From: Candidatus Thorarchaeota archaeon
Lineage (GTDB): Archaea > Asgardarchaeota > Thorarchaeia > Thorarchaeales > Thorarchaeaceae
NCBI GenBank assembly: GCA_048882385.1
Contig: JBHLRQ010000003.1
Location: 14,504 to 78,503, forward strand
DNA: 64,000 bases
Direction: 5' to 3'
The position numbers and the translations under genes were made by a program. Shown in pieces: positions 1 through 8,726 of this stretch. The first letter of the stretch is position 1, and each line of letters begins with the position of its first letter. The notes under the pieces were generated by a model. The model made no database searches. It saw nothing but the letters and a program-made list of their open reading frames with translations, and was not told the origin of the DNA.

Positions 1-880
1 CTCTGAACTGGTCCTGAACTTCTCGGGATACATGATCCTGAGGAACGAAGAGTGAATCATGACCCCAAAACTCAGTTTCGACATACGGTCCAATCCATTC
101 TGTGAAACCTAGTCCAACCATTATCTCTCTGAGCCAGTCATTGAACTCACCATAGGGATGTTTCTTTCCATAATTGGCATAGACTGGTTGAATATCAACA
201 TTGTAGGGTCTGAAGGATTTGCCTTTCCAGTTTCCGCTAGCAAGTATCTCATGAGTTAGATTTCCTATACCCTCAACACCTGCATCGAGTAACTTTTCAA
301 TCTCCCCCTTCTTTGCTCCTATCAGCTCAGCTTCAAATGTTTTGGTTACGCTCTCAGAAACAAGTTTTCGCTCTTGAGCCTGTTTAAGAATTGCTGCAAG
401 ATTCTGAGGTAATGTTTGCTTTCCATCTGAGAGCTGTTTCAAGATATCAGTAATCTCTGATACCGGGTTGTCTACAACTGTTCGTAGAACTGTAGATCCT
501 TCTTCTTTGGATATTTGAATCCACCCAGTTTTACGAGCCCAATTCATAGCTATTCCTTTTGCTTTAGTATCTAGTCCTGCTCGAGCAACAGCATCATCAA
601 AAGTGGCTTTTCCTCCAAGGTCCTTAACTCCAAAAAAGAGTCTAACCTCTGGAAGCCCAGATTCAACGTATTCCACTCCTTCACTAGTCAAGGCATATGC
701 CACCTTCTCTTTGGGATGAATCTGCACAAGACTTCTACTTGCCAGTGAATTAAGGATCGAAGTGACTCTCTCTTCTGCTTGGTCGAGATTCTTTGCAAGT
801 TGAGCTGTGGAAACACGATGATCTAGATTGAGTAGTTCTTGTAGTACTATTCTCTCACCTTCAGTCAACTGTTCGCTCAT
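1..880 (-). CDS. pheS: Phenylalanine-tRNA ligase alpha subunit (archaeal type), runs off the window edge
   Basis: Manual translation from ATG at 880: MSEQLTEGERIVLQELL...LTSEGVEYVESGLPEVRL...WARKTGWI...FRPYNVDIQP...HPY...GPYVETEFWGHDSLFVPQDHVSREVQDQF; not in the ORF track because it is truncated. Confidence 0.9.
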   Translation of the reverse strand, partial: MSEQLTEGERIVLQELLNLDHRVSTAQLAKNLDQAEERVTSILNSLASRSLVQIHPKEKVAYALTSEGVEYVESGLPEVRLFFGVKDLGGKATFDDAVARAGLDTKAKGIAMNWARKTGWIQISKEEGSTVLRTVVDNPVSEITDILKQLSDGKQTLPQNLAAILKQAQERKLVSESVTKTFEAELIGAKKGEIEKLLDAGVEGIGNLTHEILASGNWKGKSFRPYNVDIQPVYANYGKKHPYGEFNDWLREIMVGLGFTEWIGPYVETEFWGHDSLFVPQDHVSREVQDQFR

Positions 881-1194
881 ATGTCAATCAAAACTCCTGA
901 AACTGATAGAACCGATTGGGACAGACACGCCTCATACTCTCTAATTCTATACAATAAGTGACCCCTTATGGGGTAGTCGTAAATTGGCAGTAATCCATCC
1001 GAATCCATCCTGCTTATACAGGAAAAAATAGCTCACCTTTTTAATGTGTCGCAAAAAGTCAAAATTAGAAGTTTCAAATAACCGCCGCTACGTAATGTTA
1101 AAATACACTCAATTGGGAGTTCCCGTTGGCAGGAAAATACTGCCTCTGATTTTTGATGAAATCAGTGAATCATAAGAGAGTGAAGGTGAAGAAC

Positions 1195-2274
1195 ATGTCA
1201 GCGGAGCGACACAGGCTTAGACGAAAGGTAGAACAGCTTAAAGCCTACCAAGGACGTCATAGTTCATTCACGACATTGTATGTTCCACCTTCCAAGAACC
1301 TCACTGATGTTATCAACTTTGTAAAGACTGAACTCGCAGGTGCTGAGAACATCAAAAGCAAGGCAAATCGCAAGAATGTATCAGACAACCTTACAGCAAT
1401 TCTCAGTGAGCTAACGAAAATTCCTGAAATACCTCAAAATGGTCTTGCTTTCTTCTTTGGAGTTGAAGAGGAAGGTGGCACTGGTAATGATATTAGAGAA
1501 CTAGTGGTTCCACCCACTCCTATATCACAGTTCATTTATCTCTGTGGAAGAGAATTTGTTACGGAAGAACTTGAGAATATGACCAAACCAAAGAGCTTGG
1601 TCGTGATAGTCCTGATCGAGGGCGGGAAAGTTACTATTGGTTACCTTCGTGGAAAACATATGGAACTCGTTCGAGACGAAGATTTCTACATCATCGGCAA
1701 AACAAGAGCCGGAGGTCAGAGTGCAAAGAGGTACATGCGGCTTCGTGAAGAGAAGATGATGGAGTTCTTCAAGTATGTGGGTCGAATGCTCAACAATCTT
1801 CTGCTTGAAGATTTAGATAATGTTGATGCAATTGTACTTGGTGGAAACACAATTCGTTGCCAAGAATTTCTGGAAAAAGGGGACCTCGATTATCGACTTC
1901 GGGAAAAAGTAGCTGAAACGATCATCCCTGTAAGTATTATCGATGAAACTGGTCTCTATCAAGCAATGAAAGAAGCTTCTCGAGTTCTTCGTGAAACTGA
2001 AATCTATGCAGAGCGCCAGACTTGGGATCAGTTTGTGGAAGACCTTATGAAAGGCCTCAATACTGTGACCTACGGAAAAGACGAAGTCATGAGTGCTCTT
2101 CGGCAAGGTCGCGTCGATACTATAATGGTACTTGAGGATTTAGCAGACCAAATGGATGAACTTTATGACGAGATCGGAACATATGGTAGCAAAATGTTAG
2201 TTTTCTCGAATCAGACAGAATCTGGAGCGCAATTGAAATCTTTCGGTGGAATGGCAGCGCGTCTACGGTGGTAA
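1195..2274 (+). CDS. prf1: Peptide chain release factor aRF1 (eRF1 family)
   Basis: NIKS, YxCxxxF (YLCGREF) and GGQ (RAGGQSAKRY) motifs; C-terminal FGGMAARLRW; start 1195 follows an AGGTGA SD. Confidence 0.9.
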   Translation: MSAERHRLRRKVEQLKAYQGRHSSFTTLYVPPSKNLTDVINFVKTELAGAENIKSKANRKNVSDNLTAILSELTKIPEIPQNGLAFFFGVEEEGGTGNDIRELVVPPTPISQFIYLCGREFVTEELENMTKPKSLVVIVLIEGGKVTIGYLRGKHMELVRDEDFYIIGKTRAGGQSAKRYMRLREEKMMEFFKYVGRMLNNLLLEDLDNVDAIVLGGNTIRCQEFLEKGDLDYRLREKVAETIIPVSIIDETGLYQAMKEASRVLRETEIYAERQTWDQFVEDLMKGLNTVTYGKDEVMSALRQGRVDTIMVLEDLADQMDELYDEIGTYGSKMLVFSNQTESGAQLKSFGGMAARLRW

Positions 2275-2281
2275 TGAAAAT

Positions 2282-2743
2282 TTAGGCTCTCGGTGGACGC
2301 GGAATCTCTCGCAAGGTTTCAATGTCTTCAACCCATTTTGCGAGTTCTTCACTAATTCCATTCATGAATGTTAGGAGAGTCTGTTGGTACTTTCGTAAAT
2401 GCTGTTGTTCTAATTTACTAGATTTGGAAACAAAATCTTTGACGCGTTTTGGAAACCCAATAGACCACCTACGAAGCATCAGCTCTGCCTTTCGGTCTTC
2501 AAGTACTTTTTTAGCCATTCTGAGTTTCCTTCTCTTGGTAATCAAATCTTCAAGGAGCTTCTGCATTGTAATCGTGGCTGCAACGAGTTCCTTCGCGTCA
2601 AGTTTGCTGTCTTGGTTGCGGCTTGTGTAGTATACACGCTTTAGATCTCTCTTTGCACTCATTACATGAGTCAAAAGTCTAGTCAATGAATGTACCATGG
2701 CACTCTTTCCTTCAGTTATTGACGTAAAAAGGTCTGTGTTCAT
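2282..2743 (-). CDS. Hypothetical basic helical protein
   Basis: 153-aa ORF co-oriented with the upstream nuclease genes; no recognisable motif. Confidence 0.7.
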   Translation of the reverse strand: MNTDLFTSITEGKSAMVHSLTRLLTHVMSAKRDLKRVYYTSRNQDSKLDAKELVAATITMQKLLEDLITKRRKLRMAKKVLEDRKAELMLRRWSIGFPKRVKDFVSKSSKLEQQHLRKYQQTLLTFMNGISEELAKWVEDIETLREIPRPPRA

Positions 2744-2757
2744 GTATGTCTTACTGA

Positions 2758-3417
2758 TTAAAAAGCCGAGTAATTACATCTGTCCCTGCTATATGGACAA
2801 GCTCTACATTTCTCCTTCTCAGGAGAAGGCTTTGGTTTGCGTCCTCTATACCAAATCTCATCTATCTTTTCGAGAGATTTGATCACTTTATTTGGATCAA
2901 ATTGGCTAATGTGGATCTTACCTCCTCCGCAACCCCAACAATCCTTCATGGAGTTGCCTTCCATGCATCTTATTGCCTGATCTTGGAGGCAATAGACATT
3001 GATTAGAAGGGTTGTTGAACATGAAACGCCGCTCTCATATAGAGCAAGAGCATAAAGCCCCGTTTGAAACATATCTTCAGGTCTTTTATTTTCCGGCAGA
3101 TATTTGGTTGGAAATTTGTGTTCAATGATTAGATCAAGTACGGGGGTGTCTTCCCAATGAAATATTGCTCTATCGAATCTTCCAATGAACCGGTATCCTA
3201 ATGACCTTACAGTTTCTTCTGAGAATGAATAGTATTGTCCTAAACCCCATCTACTAGGCTTCAAATGAAGAAATTCGTATAAAGTCCAGGGAGCTGGTAA
3301 TGCCCTACGAATCTTCATCTTAACTGTGTAAAACCTTTTTCGATGTTTGAACATGAAGAGGATAACTATGCAACCAAGAACGACTACCCATATCAATAGA
3401 TTAGCGTAAGCATCCAT
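2758..3417 (-). CDS. Cas4/RecB-like PD-(D/E)xK nuclease, C-terminal part, with N-terminal TM anchor
   Basis: TM (LLIWVVVLGCIVILFMF), GRFD, EHK, QTGLY (QxxxY) and terminal CRACPYSRDRC; ATG 3417 preceded by GGTGAGG. Confidence 0.75.
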   Translation of the reverse strand: MDAYANLLIWVVVLGCIVILFMFKHRKRFYTVKMKIRRALPAPWTLYEFLHLKPSRWGLGQYYSFSEETVRSLGYRFIGRFDRAIFHWEDTPVLDLIIEHKFPTKYLPENKRPEDMFQTGLYALALYESGVSCSTTLLINVYCLQDQAIRCMEGNSMKDCWGCGGGKIHISQFDPNKVIKSLEKIDEIWYRGRKPKPSPEKEKCRACPYSRDRCNYSAF

Positions 3418-3421
3418 TTCC

Positions 3422-3688
3422 TCACCACAAGATCCACAGTACACCAAGAACTATCGCAACGACTATGATAAGAAGAGGAACTATCTTGGTTTCTTTACTA
3501 TCAGCTAAGGATGGAACTTGATCTGATACAAGTCTATGTAGAACTGTGCCGGTGACGCCTGCATCAGATGATGAATCACCAACTCTCTGTTTCAAGAGAA
3601 GTCTGTATTCACATTGAAACTGCGTTCTTAGATCTGACACCTCTCTAAGCCAATTTTCCGGTCGCCGATCAACCTCTTTCAGTTTCAT
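3422..3688 (-). CDS. Cas4-like N-terminal part with C-terminal TM anchor
   Basis: VSDLRTQFQCEYR (S-x6-C-x2-R) and GTVLH, followed by hydrophobic IVPLLIIVVAIVLGVLWILW. Confidence 0.65.
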   Translation of the reverse strand: MKLKEVDRRPENWLREVSDLRTQFQCEYRLLLKQRVGDSSSDAGVTGTVLHRLVSDQVPSLADSKETKIVPLLIIVVAIVLGVLWILW

Positions 3689-3827
3689 TATCTCTCAGAA
3701 ATCTGTTTGTGATAGACCTTGAAAAGCAGCACACTTCTAATCCTATTGATGCAAACAGTAGAGATTCACTTATATTCGATTTTGAGGAGTTTTCTCAAAC
3801 AGGATTTCGCTACGGAGACAAGGGCTG

Positions 3828-4250
3828 ATGTCAGACGAAACCTATGAAGGAGCAACTGCCGGACGAGTACTAGTATTTGATGATAGTGAAACCGTGAAAT
3901 TTCCCGCGGCTTTCAAGAATGCAATGGGAACAGGTCAAGGCCTTATGGTTCTTGTACACAAGGACCGACTAATCAAGATTTTTCCCCTCGAAACCAACGA
4001 GGTTCTATTTCTCAGCCTTGAGATTGGAAAGCTAACAAATGATTTCCTAACTAAGCTTTCACAAATCTTCAAGAAATCAGGGCTGGTAGACCTTCTATTT
4101 TCGACAGGTGTTTGCCTAAGAGGAACTAGATGTTTCTATGAGTGTTATTTCAATCCAGCTCAACTCAGTGCGGAACTATCTGAGCTCGAAGACTCATTGA
4201 GAGTACTTGATGGTGTACAGAGAGTAGTTATCAATCAAGTATCCGTGTGA
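3828..4250 (+). CDS. Putative regulator: AbrB-like N-terminus plus ACT-like C-terminus
   Basis: VKFPAAFKNAMG...LIKIFP resembles an AbrB swapped hairpin; the C-terminus ends in ACT-like LEDSLRVLDGVQRV. Confidence 0.5.
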   Translation: MSDETYEGATAGRVLVFDDSETVKFPAAFKNAMGTGQGLMVLVHKDRLIKIFPLETNEVLFLSLEIGKLTNDFLTKLSQIFKKSGLVDLLFSTGVCLRGTRCFYECYFNPAQLSAELSELEDSLRVLDGVQRVVINQVSV

Positions 4251-4948
4251 GCACTCAAAACTATTCAATCATTGGTGCATTCCACATGCAAGACCTCTTT
4301 GTATTCATCACTGAGATGATTACTCAGGGATATCTTGGTTTGTTTCTCATATGTTTTGCAATCAATATGATTCCTTTCCTCAGTCCGAGCAACATGGTTC
4401 TTGCAGGAGCCGCGGCACTACTTGTCCCAGAACTTGGATGGATTCAAATTGGTCTGATTGTTGCAATAACTGCAACATTAGCCAAATTCATTCACTATGC
4501 TGTTGTTCGTGGATCGCGTGTAATGCTCTCTGAAGAACGAGTTAAGATGCTAGAGAATGAGAAGGATAGAGTTCAAAAATGGGGTGCTTTGGCTCTCTTT
4601 ATTGCGGCTGCATCGCCAGTGCCGGATGATCCTCTAATCGTCTATGTGGGTCTTACTAAATACAACTCGGTCAAATTTATTCTAAGTTACTTCATTGGTA
4701 AGGTTGCAGTTACACTTGCTGGTGCATTCATCGGATTCGAAACAGCTAATTATTTTGAATCGACACCTATTGTTCTTGCATCAATAGCACTCACAGCAAT
4801 AATCACTGGCATCCTCTTCAAGCGTAGGTCCGAGGGCAAGGAATCAGACATGCTTCAAGATATTCTTGAAGAAGAGATCATTGGTGATAATGAATCAAAA
4901 CAACTTCCTAAAGAAGACGAAGTATCTGATGAACCAATGAGGAGATAG
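4247..4948 (+). CDS. DedA/VTT (SNARE-associated) family membrane protein
   Basis: Multiple TMs; NMIPF..P and AASPVPDD motifs. Confidence 0.8.
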   Translation: MSTQNYSIIGAFHMQDLFVFITEMITQGYLGLFLICFAINMIPFLSPSNMVLAGAAALLVPELGWIQIGLIVAITATLAKFIHYAVVRGSRVMLSEERVKMLENEKDRVQKWGALALFIAAASPVPDDPLIVYVGLTKYNSVKFILSYFIGKVAVTLAGAFIGFETANYFESTPIVLASIALTAIITGILFKRRSEGKESDMLQDILEEEIIGDNESKQLPKEDEVSDEPMRR

Positions 4949-5020
4949 AAAATAATCTTCGCATAGTTCGGAATTCTTAAGTGCATGCCTAAGTTTGTCA
5001 GAACTATTCTGGTGTCTAAA

Positions 5021-5419
5021 GTGACAAGTAAAAGTGTTGCAGAAGTAAAGTGCTCAAAGTGTAAGAATGTCTATGAAGCAGAAGTTATCGACCATATTGA
5101 TTTGTCTGAAGATCAAGATATGATTAAACCACTGAAGGCTGGAAAAGCAAATCGTGTTCAGTGTCCAAAATGTAAGAAGGTCATGTATTTAGATAGAAGT
5201 ATTGTTGTCAATTTTGAACCAGAGAACAAGATAGTCGTCTATGATAAAAAAGCAAGATCAAAAGCAGCTAAGGAGAGTCTAATGGAAGATTATCGTAGCG
5301 TGATTTCATTCAACGATATATTGAGTGAGATTGCAGAGGAAACTGAATTTTCCATAATCACTAAGCTTGACCAATTGAAAGCCATGCTTAATGAGTATGT
5401 CAAAGTCCATCAGAGATAG
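5021..5419 (+). CDS. CpXC-domain (Zn-ribbon) protein
   Basis: Two CxxC pairs (CSKC, CPKC) about 35 aa apart; start uncertain (4985 or 5021). Confidence 0.7.
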   Translation: MTSKSVAEVKCSKCKNVYEAEVIDHIDLSEDQDMIKPLKAGKANRVQCPKCKKVMYLDRSIVVNFEPENKIVVYDKKARSKAAKESLMEDYRSVISFNDILSEIAEETEFSIITKLDQLKAMLNEYVKVHQR

Positions 5420-5420
5420 A

Positions 5421-6497
5421 CTATAACTTTCGTTTTCCTAGAAGGAATTGTTCTACCCATCTCTCAGCTTTGTACATAGTTGTTGGAGTTGGGGGCATTT
5501 TGAATCCATATGCAGAAATTGACTCAAGAGATCCAGCAAGGCCTCTCTTTAGAGCAAGTTTTGTACCACGTATAGCATCCATGAGAATTGGTCCTGCATT
5601 AGGTCCATCAGTCACTTCCATTCTGATGTCAATCTTGATGGGTGCTCCACCAAACTGACGCCCATTGATGTAGAAATAGGAATCTCGAGCATTGTCCATG
5701 AATTCAACCCAATCTGATGAACCTGCAACAATAGGTGCATCATATGGAAGGTCTTGTCCTACAGCCTCGCTTTTCACTCCTCTCTTTCTCAAACGACCTC
5801 TATAATGAGAATCTATTGATTCTGCTCCTCCACCAATATCTAGCTGGTAGCTCTTGTCTACCTTCACACCTCTTGAAACTAATAATTGCAGTATATTCCT
5901 GTGAAGAACTGTGGAGCCAAGCTGATCTTGAATGTCATCTCCGACTAACGGGAGTCCTTTCTCTTCAAATTTCTTACTCCATTCGAGATCTGAGGCGATA
6001 GGAATGGGTGTGCCATTGATGTATGCACAACCCGCTTCGAGAGCCGCATTAGCATAGTACTTTGTAGCTTCCTCTGCAGAACCAGGAATAAGGTTGATGA
6101 GAATCTCAGCTCCGGAGTCTTTGAGAACTTTAGCAACATCGACGTCCTTTGCTTTAGATTCGGTAACAAGCGCCTTTAGCATATCATCAAGACCATCAAG
6201 TGCTGGACCCTTCATGACCTCGATACCTGTTTTGGGAACCTTTGCGAATGCCATTACATTGTTAGGTTTGGCGAATATCGCATCCGCCAGATCAGTACCT
6301 ACTTTTGTGTCAGCTACATCAAAAGCTGCAACAAACTTGATATCCTTGACATGATATCCTGCGAAGTCTGGATGTCCAAGACCTACCATCTGCTTGTCTG
6401 CTCGTGCATCTTTGTAGAATTCAACACCTTGTATAAGTGCACTAGCACAGTTTCCAACTCCAACTATTGCAACTTTTATTCCATTCAAATAAGCCAC
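5421..6497 (-). CDS. ino1: myo-inositol-1-phosphate synthase
   Basis: VAIVGVGNCASALIQG, VGDDIQDQLGSTVLHR, SYQLDIGG, DGPNAG motifs. Confidence 0.92.
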   Translation of the reverse strand: MAYLNGIKVAIVGVGNCASALIQGVEFYKDARADKQMVGLGHPDFAGYHVKDIKFVAAFDVADTKVGTDLADAIFAKPNNVMAFAKVPKTGIEVMKGPALDGLDDMLKALVTESKAKDVDVAKVLKDSGAEILINLIPGSAEEATKYYANAALEAGCAYINGTPIPIASDLEWSKKFEEKGLPLVGDDIQDQLGSTVLHRNILQLLVSRGVKVDKSYQLDIGGGAESIDSHYRGRLRKRGVKSEAVGQDLPYDAPIVAGSSDWVEFMDNARDSYFYINGRQFGGAPIKIDIRMEVTDGPNAGPILMDAIRGTKLALKRGLAGSLESISAYGFKMPPTPTTMYKAERWVEQFLLGKRKL

Positions 6498-6570
6498 CTC
6501 TGGTTCTAGCTTTGCGATTTCCTGTACATTTCTTATAAGTTATTCTATACACATAGAATAGTTAGGTCCC

Positions 6571-6585
6571 CGAAGAACTTATGTT
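6571..6585 (+). promoter_or_regulatory. BRE/TATA-like promoter for the putative ncRNA
   Basis: CGAAGAA followed by CTTATGTT, about 25 nt upstream of the structured region starting at 6605. Confidence 0.45.
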
Positions 6586-6604
6586 GGTATGTTGCACTTA
6601 TTAT

Positions 6605-6850
6605 GGTTGGACGAAAGGCTTGCGCTCATATGCTCCCGCGTCATCGAAAGTCGTGGGAATGACGCAACCGCGTTGAAAAAGCAATACGAATGTCCATCTG
6701 CAGGGAGATTCGGCTCCTACCCAATAGGGTTCAGGGAGATGCTGACACAGCGTGTGCATTGGAGCACCACTCATGTTTAAAAGTAAAAGAGGGTGGACCT
6801 CGAGCCCGAAAAAGGGCACCAAGTCTTAGGCGTAAAGCCTTCGTCCACCT
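6605..6850 (+). ncRNA. Putative structured non-coding RNA (~245 nt), family unidentified
   Basis: GC-enriched intergenic tract; 6605-6625 pairs with 6830-6849 (~19 bp incl. a G-U pair); several internal hairpins; followed by a TTTTT tract. Confidence 0.7.
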
Positions 6851-7021
6851 TTTTCTAGCAAAACTATCCAGTGGATGAGTTTATAGGCAGTTCAAACAAT
6901 TCAAAGAACAGCAGTGCCCTCAAATTGAATCATAAGCTCCAGAGTTCCAGGCACAGCTTTGCGATCACTGAAGAAGATTCTACTTTTGGACGCCTGCAGA
7001 ACACAGTGAACGTGAGTTATC

Positions 7022-7504
7022 ATGGGTTATCAAGAGAGAGAACCAATCGAGGCCGTAATTTCTGATCTCAAACCAAGGATGAAGAGTGTTAATATCTCAT
7101 TCAAAGTTATCGAGAAAGGTGAAGTTCGAGAAGTAACATCCCGCGCAGATGGAGAGCAACATCGTGTATGCGACACTATTGTTGGAGACAGCTCTGGGAA
7201 AGTTACTGTGCCCCTATGGGATGCCTCAATTGATGAAGTTGAAGCTGATAAAACCTACAGACTAGAAAATGGATATACTACCCTCTTTCAGGGTCATCTA
7301 AGATTGAACATCGGTCGATATGGTACACTGAAACCAGCTGAGGAAGAGATTGCTGAAATCAACGATGAAGTCGACATGTCTGAGCAAGAACATGAACGCA
7401 GACCTCGATACGGTGGTTATCGCGGAGGCGGACGACGTGGCGGTGGATACAGAGACCGTGATCGTCGTGGTGGCGGCGGACGAGACTTCAGTCGAGGATA
7501 CTAA
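7022..7504 (+). CDS. ssb: Single-OB-fold ssDNA-binding protein (crenarchaeal-type SSB) with RGG-rich tail
   Basis: ISDLKP..VN...VGDSSG.V..LWD...NGY..LFQG.LRLNIGRYG; Gly/Arg-rich C-terminus. Confidence 0.88.
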   Translation: MGYQEREPIEAVISDLKPRMKSVNISFKVIEKGEVREVTSRADGEQHRVCDTIVGDSSGKVTVPLWDASIDEVEADKTYRLENGYTTLFQGHLRLNIGRYGTLKPAEEEIAEINDEVDMSEQEHERRPRYGGYRGGGRRGGGYRDRDRRGGGGRDFSRGY

Positions 7505-7523
7505 TCAGAAATCAATAACCTAC

Positions 7524-7555
7524 TGGGTGACGTCGCTACTAGTGATTGTCACCCC
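7524..7555. terminator. Hairpin between the convergent ssb and Fe-S genes
   Basis: GGGTGAC-GTCGCTA-C-TAGTGAT-T-GTCACCC inverted repeat. Confidence 0.55.
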
Positions 7556-7560
7556 ATCTA

Positions 7561-8724
7561 CTATTTTGCTAAATTTTCCGCAACAATGTCTACAACATCA
7601 ACTACCCGTATATTACTCCCTTCAATCTCAACACCTGCTTTGAGGTTGCTCTCACAGAACGGACATGCTGTTGTAATGATTTCAGCTCCCGCCTCAAATG
7701 CAGTTCTTACACGATCTACAGCCATCCTTTTCGAGAGTTCAGGATCGTATGATCGAAGACCTCCTCCAGCACCACAACACATTGCAGCCTCTCGATTGGT
7801 TTCCATTTCTACAAATTCAACATTAGGGATCGCCTTTATTATCTCCCTTGGATTGTCATAGACTCCAGCAGCTCTAGATAGATGACATGGATCGTGATAT
7901 GTTATCTTGATTTTCTTCTCTAAGGGATTTAATCCGAGCTTCTTTTCTTTGACTATTTCCTGAAGTGCTTCGGTCACATGGAGAATTTCAGGAAGGTGGA
8001 TATCGAGCTTTGGGTAGTCATTACGAAGCGTCTTCAAACAACCTGCACAAGTCACAATAATCTTCTTAGCTCCAGAATTCTTAATGACTTCTGCAAGCTT
8101 CTCAGCAATCTTCCTAGCATCGTTAGTCCTTCCAGTTCGTAACATCACACTTCCACAACAGGGCTCATCCTCGAGGACTGCAAAATTGATGTCAGCCGCC
8201 TTGAGAATCTTCACCGTTGACTTGGCAATATTGGGAAGTCGAATTCCAGCTGTGCAACCAGTGTAGTAGATAACCTCTCCAGCAGAGGGAACTTCGAAAC
8301 CAACTTCTTTGACCCAATCACGTTTGAGCTGTGTGTTTTCCTCGTATGGATTGTCGAACTGCATGATTCTCTGTGCAATTACATCACGAGTTTCATTAGG
8401 AATGTCACTCAGGACTGCTCTCACCTTTTCTAGACATTCTGAGGGATCAAACTCTGCAACACAGATTTCAGTACAATTTCCACACAGTGTACATGTGAAC
8501 AGCGATTCTGCATTTTCCGAAGTCTTCTCAAGGGTTCCATCGAGAAGAGCTAGGGCAACCTGTATTCTCCCACGCATGAAGCTGGTTTCAAATCCTTCAG
8601 AGTTTCTCCATACAGGACAGACTCCATCAAATCCTCTGTCCTCGTAAACTGCATTCCGACAGATGCCACATCTACGACATTGCATCAAGTTCTCGACTAG
8701 TTCTTCTAGATCAATCTCCGCCAT
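7561..8724 (-). CDS. Fe-S/CCG-domain oxidoreductase subunit (GlcF/HdrD-like)
   Basis: CxxCGxC, CTLCGNCxxxC, two CCG domains, YHDPCHL. Confidence 0.9.
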   Translation of the reverse strand: MAEIDLEELVENLMQCRRCGICRNAVYEDRGFDGVCPVWRNSEGFETSFMRGRIQVALALLDGTLEKTSENAESLFTCTLCGNCTEICVAEFDPSECLEKVRAVLSDIPNETRDVIAQRIMQFDNPYEENTQLKRDWVKEVGFEVPSAGEVIYYTGCTAGIRLPNIAKSTVKILKAADINFAVLEDEPCCGSVMLRTGRTNDARKIAEKLAEVIKNSGAKKIIVTCAGCLKTLRNDYPKLDIHLPEILHVTEALQEIVKEKKLGLNPLEKKIKITYHDPCHLSRAAGVYDNPREIIKAIPNVEFVEMETNREAAMCCGAGGGLRSYDPELSKRMAVDRVRTAFEAGAEIITTACPFCESNLKAGVEIEGSNIRVVDVVDIVAENLAK

Positions 8725-8726
8725 TC

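Noticed and set aside
881-1150. T-box-like leader for pheS; small hairpins (ACCCC-TTAT-GGGGT, GGCAG-N7-CTGCC) and an AATCCATCC direct repeat
   Set aside because: No T-box consensus, and elements this short can arise by chance.
3417-3424. Selenocysteine readthrough of the TGA joining the two Cas4-like ORFs
   Set aside because: The downstream ORF is in a different frame (4-nt gap) and has its own SD.
2758-3688. CRISPR-Cas adaptation locus
   Set aside because: No cas1, cas2 or repeat-spacer array seen anywhere in the window; the Cas4-like genes stand alone.
6605-6850. RNase P RNA, SRP RNA or tRNA identity for the structured RNA
   Set aside because: GAAAGTC and CTTA are present but do not form P4, and the GAGGAAAGUCC and ACAGAA consensus is missing. 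There is no SRP helix-8 CAGG/AGCA motif and no cloverleaf.
6589-6878. Short ORFs (62-73 aa) overlapping the structured region, or a MITE
   Set aside because: The ORFs have no SD or protein-like features. The end repeats are bulged with a G-U pair and lack a target-site duplication.
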